64,000 nucleotides of DNA from Escherichia coli (lineage in GTDB: Bacteria > Pseudomonadota > Gammaproteobacteria > Enterobacterales > Enterobacteriaceae): assembly GCF_003018255.1 (NCBI RefSeq), contig NZ_CP027440.1; one strand, written 5' to 3'. Numbering within the stretch: position 1 is the first letter of the stretch; the number at the start of each line of letters is the position of its first letter. The notes beneath the pieces were generated by a model. The model searched no databases and had not been told where the DNA came from. It worked only from the letters and a program-made list of their open reading frames with translations. A program made the translations under genes and the position numbers. Shown here piece after piece: positions 56,465 to 64,000 of the stretch.

Positions 56465-56683
56465 ACTGGACTCCAGTCTTAGATACTGGAATCAGTCTCG
56501 TTGCTCAGGGGGAGTAAAATTGTGAAGCTCATCAAATCCCGCTCCTCGTCCAGCGGACTGGAGAAATTACGCACAAATTTGTGAATTAGCGCACGGATTT
56601 TTTCTTATTGAGTACAACAGGTTGGACAAATTTTGCCGGAGGGGGAATGTGCCGGTGCAGTAAACCGGCACAGAGTGGCGGAA

Positions 56684-57886
56684 TCAGACAGATAAGGTCA
56701 TGGACTCAACAACCTCAATCCAGCCATGCTCACTGGCGATGTCCTGGCCGTTTAACCAACGGCGCAGCATATTCAGTGCCATCATTGCGCACACTTCCTG
56801 ACGGATAGCCAGGCTGTAGCGTGTAGTGCTGAAACGCACACGCAGAGCGAAAGTGCCATCTGGCGTGGATAGCGCAAAGTTGAGATGCTCGTTCTCGAAA
56901 CCCGAAACAGCCAGTGCCAGCCCGGCAAAATGGTTGGCCCGCCGTTCTGTAATCCAGTGCGCAGTTTGCGCCAGGGTTTCTTCCTGTGAAGGAACCACTT
57001 CACACGCCAGCAATGGAGCACCTGCGCGAGAAAGTTGCAAAGCCAATAAACCGCCGGTGAATTGCTCGCTCAACGTCAGGCTGAACTGGCGGTTTTGCAA
57101 TTCGCGACTGATCTGCGCGGGCAGTCCTTCGGTGCCTTCGAAAATCACGCTCTGTCCGGCAACACGTTTAACGTCCAGCCACAGTTTTTCCATCGCCTGT
57201 TGCTCGCTTGCCGGTCCGGTGAGTTTCAGTTCGATGATAGGCATTGAGGAGCGATAACCCATTGTTACGCCCGGCGGCAGTTGTAGAGTGTCCAGGCTTT
57301 GTGCCAGATCGCTTTCCGAACGACCAAAGGTAGTTAAACGCAGACAAACCGGCGGCTGTGGTAAAGAAAAACGCTCGCGCAGGCGCGGCAGGATTTCGTG
57401 CTCGACCATCACCTTAAATTCTGACGGTACGCCGGGGGTAAAGAACATCAGGCAACGATTAAGCTGCACGGCAAAACCACAGGCGGTGCCTACCGGGTTA
57501 TTGATAAATTCAGCACTGGCAGGTAGCTCCGCTTGTTTACGGTTGCTCGGTGCCATTACTCGTCCACGTTCGTGGAAATAGCGTTCCATCTCTTTGAGCC
57601 AGGCTTCATGCAGCACCAGGCCTTCACCTTTTGCTGTCGCAGCGGCGAGTGCGCTTAAATCATCACTGGTCGGCCCCAGCCCGCCGTTAACGATCAGCAC
57701 ATCGGTGTGCTGACTCCGTTCGCGAAGAATGGTGACTAAGTCATCAAGGTTATCCCCCACCGTATTGCGGCGAGATAATGGCAACCCCTGATGAAAGAAA
57801 AAATCGGCCAGCCAGGCAGCGTTAGTGTCAACGATTTGCCCGTGTAACACTTCATCCCCGGTGGATAACATTTCCACTTTTAACAT
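56684..57886 (-). CDS. yfaY: YfaY, CinA-like protein (MoCF-binding domain)
   Basis: 400-aa ORF beginning MLKVEMLSTGDEVLHGQIVDTNAAWLA, typical CinA N-terminus. Confidence 0.85.
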   Translation of the reverse strand: MLKVEMLSTGDEVLHGQIVDTNAAWLADFFFHQGLPLSRRNTVGDNLDDLVTILRERSQHTDVLIVNGGLGPTSDDLSALAAATAKGEGLVLHEAWLKEMERYFHERGRVMAPSNRKQAELPASAEFINNPVGTACGFAVQLNRCLMFFTPGVPSEFKVMVEHEILPRLRERFSLPQPPVCLRLTTFGRSESDLAQSLDTLQLPPGVTMGYRSSMPIIELKLTGPASEQQAMEKLWLDVKRVAGQSVIFEGTEGLPAQISRELQNRQFSLTLSEQFTGGLLALQLSRAGAPLLACEVVPSQEETLAQTAHWITERRANHFAGLALAVSGFENEHLNFALSTPDGTFALRVRFSTTRYSLAIRQEVCAMMALNMLRRWLNGQDIASEHGWIEVVESMTLSV

Positions 57887-57985
57887 GGTTATCTCCTGCT
57901 TTTGTTATCGAATCACTATAACGCAAAGGGAGACAGGGCGTAGTAACAAACTGAATGGCGCGACAGAATGCCGCGCCGGAAGGGA

Positions 57986-58528
57986 TCAGAAACTGGCGTT
58001 AACCCCCACATACGGGCCGTCAGCCACGGCGTTGTCGCGGTTACCGTCTTTACCAGAAAGGTTCAGGTAGCGATAACCCGCCTCAATACTGACTGGACGC
58101 ATAATGGTGTAACGCGCGCCAACATTCGCTTCCTCATAACTTTGAATACCGCTGGAGAGCGAATCCGGAGAGTAGTAATACTCGCCAAACAAACGGAAGC
58201 TGTTGCCAATTTTCCACTGCAAACCACCTCCTACCGCTGCGGCATAACCTTCATCGCCGTAATTCGGGTTGGTGTAAACGCCTTTTCCGCCAACGGTCGC
58301 CATTAACGGCCCGAGAGGCAGATTCAACCCCAGCCCCACGCCCGCGACGTCACCGTCGTCGTCGTTATGTGTCCAGTTACCGCTTAACGCCAGGCCCGTT
58401 GATTCAGTCCCAAAACCGACACCAATATTGGTGTATTCTTTACCCGCCTGGCCGCTGATGCTCATTGCATTGACCGATGCAGAAACCAACAGCATTCCGG
58501 CCAGACCTGCTAGCGCAATTTTTTTCAT
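57986..58528 (-). CDS. yfaZ: YfaZ, outer-membrane beta-barrel protein
   Basis: Start set at MKKIALAGLAGMLLVSASVNA (signal peptide, 180 aa) inside the 205-codon ORF; ends with aromatic C-terminal residue F. Confidence 0.8.
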   Translation of the reverse strand: MKKIALAGLAGMLLVSASVNAMSISGQAGKEYTNIGVGFGTESTGLALSGNWTHNDDDGDVAGVGLGLNLPLGPLMATVGGKGVYTNPNYGDEGYAAAVGGGLQWKIGNSFRLFGEYYYSPDSLSSGIQSYEEANVGARYTIMRPVSIEAGYRYLNLSGKDGNRDNAVADGPYVGVNASF

Positions 58529-58806
58529 TTTCCCCTCTCCCACAAGCAATAAATCAAAATTCCCAAAGCTGCGGGATTGTACTGCCTGGCACAGAGGATT
58601 CAATGAGCGAAAAAAGGGATCTAGTCACTTATTGTAACTAAATACTTCTTAAATAATTAAACGCCGAAAAAATAAACATACTTTATCGATACACACAAAA
58701 ATAATAATAAGTGCAGTTATCATCGCAAAAGAGATTACTGTCACTTTCACATATTTCTGAGTTACCGTATTCTCATGGTTTCTTTTTATTTATAAGGAAT
58801 ACCCCT

Positions 58807-59232
58807 GTGCGACAACGGACTATTGTATGCCCTTTGATTCAAAATGATGGTGCTTATTTGCTGTGTAAAATGGCCGACGATCGCGGCGTTTTCCCCGGTC
58901 AATGGGCGCTTTCGGGTGGCGGCGTAGAGCCTGGCGAACGAATTGAAGAGGCACTACGCCGCGAAATTCGCGAAGAACTGGGAGAACAGCTGCTTTTGAC
59001 AGAAATCACGCCGTGGACCTTCAGCGATGATATTCGCACCAAGACGTATGCAGATGGTCGCAAGGAAGAGATTTATATGATTTACCTGATTTTTGACTGC
59101 GTTTCTGCCAACCGAGAAGTGAAAATAAACGAAGAGTTTCAGGACTACGCGTGGGTAAAACCTGAAGATCTGGCGCACTATGATTTGAATGTCGCCACCC
59201 GAAAAACGTTACGTTTGAAAGGTCTTCTGTAA
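58807..59232 (+). CDS. nudI: NudI, Nudix nucleoside triphosphatase
   Basis: GTG start giving [19 protein letters not shown]... (141 aa); Nudix box [24 protein letters not shown]. Confidence 0.8.
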
Positions 59233-59270
59233 CAATGATGACAGCCATTACTGGCTGTCAGATTGAAAAT

Positions 59271-59873
59271 TTAGTGGTTAACGAATTCCCCATCCAGATA
59301 AACTTTGCCTTTTTCCACATGCATGACTAAACCATCCAGATAATCAGGTTTAAATGTCGCATCACGCTTATCTTTAGCAATATATGTCAGGCAATGATTA
59401 TGGGTGAAAATAACGATATTTTTATCAGGCGCTTTGCTTTGTAAGTCCTTAATTGCACTATAAATCTCATTACCGCACTGAAGAAGTCGTTTATCTACCG
59501 TCAGCTTTTTACCCGCTGAAAACCAGGTCGCCGACTGAATGGTCCGGACGGTATTACTGGAATAAAGATCGAAATCAGGGATATCAGCACTAAAAGCGTT
59601 GCCCAGTTCACGGGCATCCTGGGTACCTTTAACCGTAATACCTGTTTTATCTGACAAGCATTGGTTGGTTGAACGATCGCAACGTTCAGCATGGCGAAAC
59701 AAAACGACAACCGGATGCTGCTGTGCCAGTCTGGCCAGCGTTTTATTGTCGATACGTGGCAAACCATTGCTACTCCAGGCGGCATGAGTACCCAGTCCGG
59801 CAATTGCAGCGAGCGCCAGTAAAATGATGAAATATTTTTTTGACTTCAACGAAGAGCGGCAAAAAGCTAACAC
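59271..59873 (-). CDS. ais: Ais (PmrG), LPS core heptose(II)-phosphate phosphatase
   Basis: 200-aa product from a GTG start inside the 219-codon ORF ([20 protein letters not shown]...); histidine-phosphatase RHAER motif ([11 protein letters not shown]). Confidence 0.8.
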   Translation of the reverse strand: MLAFCRSSLKSKKYFIILLALAAIAGLGTHAAWSSNGLPRIDNKTLARLAQQHPVVVLFRHAERCDRSTNQCLSDKTGITVKGTQDARELGNAFSADIPDFDLYSSNTVRTIQSATWFSAGKKLTVDKRLLQCGNEIYSAIKDLQSKAPDKNIVIFTHNHCLTYIAKDKRDATFKPDYLDGLVMHVEKGKVYLDGEFVNH

Positions 59874-60065
59874 GTAAACTCCACCTATAGACAAGCGCAA
59901 CCAGACAATTACCGTGAAATTGAGCGACATTTCTGGCGATAATTAGCAGTTGGTGTAATATTAAAAATCCTGCGATGCCGGCAAAATGCCTCAAAATTTT
60001 GCCAAATGCAAAGCCTAAATAAGAAAAAATATAAAAATTTCAATATTTACGTCTAATATTAGTTT

Positions 60066-60083
60066 CTTAAGGTTAAGTTAATA
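60066..60083 (+). promoter_or_regulatory. Candidate PmrA (BasR) box of the arnB promoter
   Basis: CTTAAG-GTTAAG-TTAAT direct hexamer repeats about 80 bp upstream of arnB, resembling the CTTAAT-N5-CTTAAT PmrA box. Confidence 0.55.
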
Positions 60084-60162
60084 TTCTATCCTTAAAATTT
60101 TGCTCCAAATGGCAAAATATACACAACACTCTTTATAGCAAATATAAGTGGACAGGTATTCA

Positions 60163-61320
60163 ATGGCGGAAGGAAAAGCAATGTCAGAATTTTTGCCTTT
60201 TTCGCGACCAGCAATGGGCGTGGAGGAACTCGCTGCAGTTAAAGAGGTTCTCGAATCCGGTTGGATCACAACCGGTCCGAAGAATCAGGCGCTTGAACAA
60301 GCCTTTTGCCAGTTGACGGGAAATCAGCATGCCATCGCGGTCAGTTCAGCCACCGCCGGAATGCATATCACGCTAATGGCGTTGGAAATTGGCAAGGGCG
60401 ATGAAGTGATTACGCCTTCCCTGACCTGGGTTTCAACCCTCAATATGATTTCCTTGTTGGATGCAACGCCGGTAATGGTGGATGTCGACCACGATACGCT
60501 GATGGTCACGCCTGAAGCGATCGAGTCAGCCATTACGCCACGCACTAAAGCCATCATTCCGGTGCATTATGCCGGTGCGCCAGCAGATATTGACGCCATT
60601 CGCGCCATTGGCGAACGTTACGGCATCGCAGTTATCGAAGATGCTGCCCATGCCGTCGGTACGTATTACAAAGGCCGACATATTGGCGCAAAAGGTACCG
60701 CTATTTTTTCGTTTCACGCCATCAAAAATATTACCTGTGCGGAAGGTGGCCTGATTGTTACAGATAATGAAAACCTTGCCCGCCAGCTACGGATGCTAAA
60801 ATTTCACGGTCTGGGTGTCGATGCCTATGACAGACAAACCTGGGGCCGTGCACCGCAAGCTGAAGTCTTAACGCCGGGCTATAAGTATAATCTGACCGAT
60901 ATTAACGCCGCGATTGCCCTGACCCAGTTAGCCAAATTAGAGCACCTCAACACCCGTCGGCGCGAAATTGCTCTGCAATATCAACAAGCACTGGCAGCTC
61001 TCCCTTTTCAGCCATTAAGCCTTCCCGCCTGGCCGCACGTTCACGCCTGGCATCTGTTTATTATTCGTGTCGATGAACAACGTTGTGGTATCAGTCGCGA
61101 TGCGTTGATGGAAGCGTTAAAAGAAAGAGGCATTGGTACCGGGTTACATTTCCGCGCCGCTCACACACAAAAATATTATCGCGAGCGTTTTCCCACGCTG
61201 TCGTTACCGAATACCGAATGGAATAGCGAACGCATCTGTTCGTTGCCGCTGTTCCCGGATATGACCACCGCCGATGCCGACCGCGTCATCACAGCCCTTC
61301 AGCAACTCGCAGGACAATAA
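60163..61320 (+). CDS. arnB: UDP-4-amino-4-deoxy-L-arabinose:oxoglutarate aminotransferase
   Basis: DegT/ArnB-family PLP aminotransferase; start set at [10 protein letters not shown] (385 aa; alternative ATG at 60181 gives 379 aa). Confidence 0.9.
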   Translation: MAEGKAMSEFLPFSRPAMGVEELAAVKEVLESGWITTGPKNQALEQAFCQLTGNQHAIAVSSATAGMHITLMALEIGKGDEVITPSLTWVSTLNMISLLDATPVMVDVDHDTLMVTPEAIESAITPRTKAIIPVHYAGAPADIDAIRAIGERYGIAVIEDAAHAVGTYYKGRHIGAKGTAIFSFHAIKNITCAEGGLIVTDNENLARQLRMLKFHGLGVDAYDRQTWGRAPQAEVLTPGYKYNLTDINAAIALTQLAKLEHLNTRRREIALQYQQALAALPFQPLSLPAWPHVHAWHLFIIRVDEQRCGISRDALMEALKERGIGTGLHFRAAHTQKYYRERFPTLSLPNTEWNSERICSLPLFPDMTTADADRVITALQQLAGQ

Positions 61321-62291
<971 letters not shown>

Positions 62292-62292
<1 letters not shown>

Positions 62293-64000
62293 TGAAAACC
62301 GTCGTTTTTGCCTACCACGATATGGGATGCCTCGGTATTGAAGCCCTGCTGTCTGCCGGTTACGAAATTAGCGCCATTTTTACCCATACCGATAATCCCG
62401 GTGAAAAAGCCTTTTATGGTTCGGTGGCTCGTCTGGCGGCGGAAAGAGGCATTCCAGTTTATGCGCCGGATAACGTTAATCATCCGCTGTGGGTGGAACG
62501 TATTGCCCAACTCTCACCAGAGGTGATTTTCTCTTTTTATTATCGCCATCTTATTTGCGACGAGATTTTGCAGCTCGCTCCCGCAGGTGCATTTAATCTG
62601 CACGGTTCGCTGTTACCAAAATATCGTGGTCGCGCGCCGCTGAACTGGGTGCTGGTGAACGGTGAAACGGAAACTGGCGTTACATTGCACCGAATGGTGA
62701 AACGTGCCGATGCCGGGGCCATTGTGGCGCAACTGCGCATTGCCATTGCGCCAGACGATATCGCCATTACGCTGCATCATAAATTGTGCCATGCCGCGCG
62801 CCAGCTACTGGAACAGACATTACCCGCCATTAAACACGGTAATATTCTGGAAATCGCCCAGCGCGAAAACGAAGCCACCTGTTTTGGTCGCAGAACACCG
62901 GAAGACAGTTTCCTCGAATGGCATAAACCGGCATCCGTGCTGCACAACATGGTGCGTGCCGTTGCCGATCCGTGGCCGGGTGCCTTCAGCTATGTTGGTA
63001 ATCAGAAATTTACCGTCTGGTCGTCACGCGTGCATTCTCATGCGCCCGCAGCACAACCGGGGAGCGTGATTTCTGTTGCGCCACTGCTGATTGCCTGTGG
63101 CGATGGCGCGCTGGAAATCGTCACCGGACAGGCGGGCGACGGCATTACTATGCAGGGCTCGCAATTAGCGCAGACGCTGGGCCTGGTGCAAGGTTCACGC
63201 TTGAATAGCCAGCCTGCCTGCACCGCCCGACGCCGTACTCGGGTACTCATCCTCGGGGTGAATGGCTTTATTGGCAACCATCTGACAGAACGCCTGCTGC
63301 GCGAAGATCATTATGAAGTTTACGGTCTGGATATCGGCAGCGATGCGATAAGCCGTTTTCTGAATCATCCGCATTTTCACTTTGTCGAAGGCGATATCAG
63401 TATTCATTCCGAATGGATTGAGTATCACGTCAAAAAATGTGATGTCGTCTTGCCGCTGGTGGCGATAGCCACGCCGATTGAATATACCCGCAACCCACTG
63501 CGCGTATTTGAACTCGATTTTGAAGAGAATCTGCGCATTATCCGCTACTGCGTGAAGTACCGTAAGCGAATCATCTTCCCGTCGACTTCAGAAGTTTATG
63601 GGATGTGTAGCGATAAATACTTCGATGAGGACCATTCTAATTTAATCGTCGGCCCGGTGAATAAACCACGCTGGATTTATTCGGTGTCTAAACAATTACT
63701 TGATCGAGTGATCTGGGCCTATGGCGAAAAAGAGGGTTTACAGTTCACCCTCTTCCGCCCGTTTAACTGGATGGGGCCTCGACTGGATAACCTTAATGCG
63801 GCACGAATCGGCAGCTCCCGCGCTATTACGCAACTCATTCTCAATCTGGTAGAAGGTTCACCGATTAAGCTGATTGATGGCGGAAAACAAAAACGCTGCT
63901 TTACTGATATTCGCGATGGTATCGAGGCGTTATACCGCATCATCGAAAATGCGGGAAATCGCTGCGACGGCGAAATTATCAACATTGGCAATCCTGCGAA
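62292..64000 (+). CDS. arnA: ArnA, bifunctional UDP-glucuronate decarboxylase / formyltransferase (3' end beyond window)
   Basis: ATG at 62292 overlaps the arnC stop (TAATG); translation [38 protein letters not shown]..., formyltransferase domain then the start of the NAD-dependent decarboxylase domain; runs to the window end. Confidence 0.9.

Noticed and set aside
56640-56675. Hairpin TGCCGGTG...ACCGGCA between yfaY and rhmR as a terminator
   Set aside because: No adjacent T-tract on either strand; could equally be a regulatory palindrome or chance.

Overview
This window reads as a syntenic stretch of Escherichia coli core chromosome (the K-12 ~49-51 min neighbourhood), not an accessory island, and I found no evidence of a previously undescribed system. 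Gene order, assigned from the translated ORFs and my recollection of the E. coli proteins, is napD'(partial)-napF / eco / mqo / yojI / alkB-ada / apbE / ompC / micF / rcsD-rcsB / rcsC / atoS-atoC / atoDAEB / yfaP-yfaQ-yfaS-yfaT-yfaA / gyrA / ubiG / yfaL / nrdA-nrdB-yfaE / inaA / glpQ-glpT / glpA-glpB-glpC / yfaD(rpnE)-ypaA / rhmA-rhmT'-'rhmR / yfaY / yfaZ / nudI / ais / arnB-arnC-arnA'(partial). No tRNA, rRNA, CRISPR array, IS element, integrase or phage genes were seen. The points that differ from what I remember of K-12 are: (1) the rhamnonate locus appears to carry a deletion that removes rhmD and fuses truncated rhmR and rhmT; (2) yfaD/rpnE is interrupted by a single in-frame TAG; (3) yfaS is one intact 1539-codon ORF (a pseudogene in K-12, as I recall); (4) ompC has a non-K-12 loop allele. 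All names and reference comparisons are from memory, not database searches; coordinates were counted by hand and small sites may be off by a few bases.
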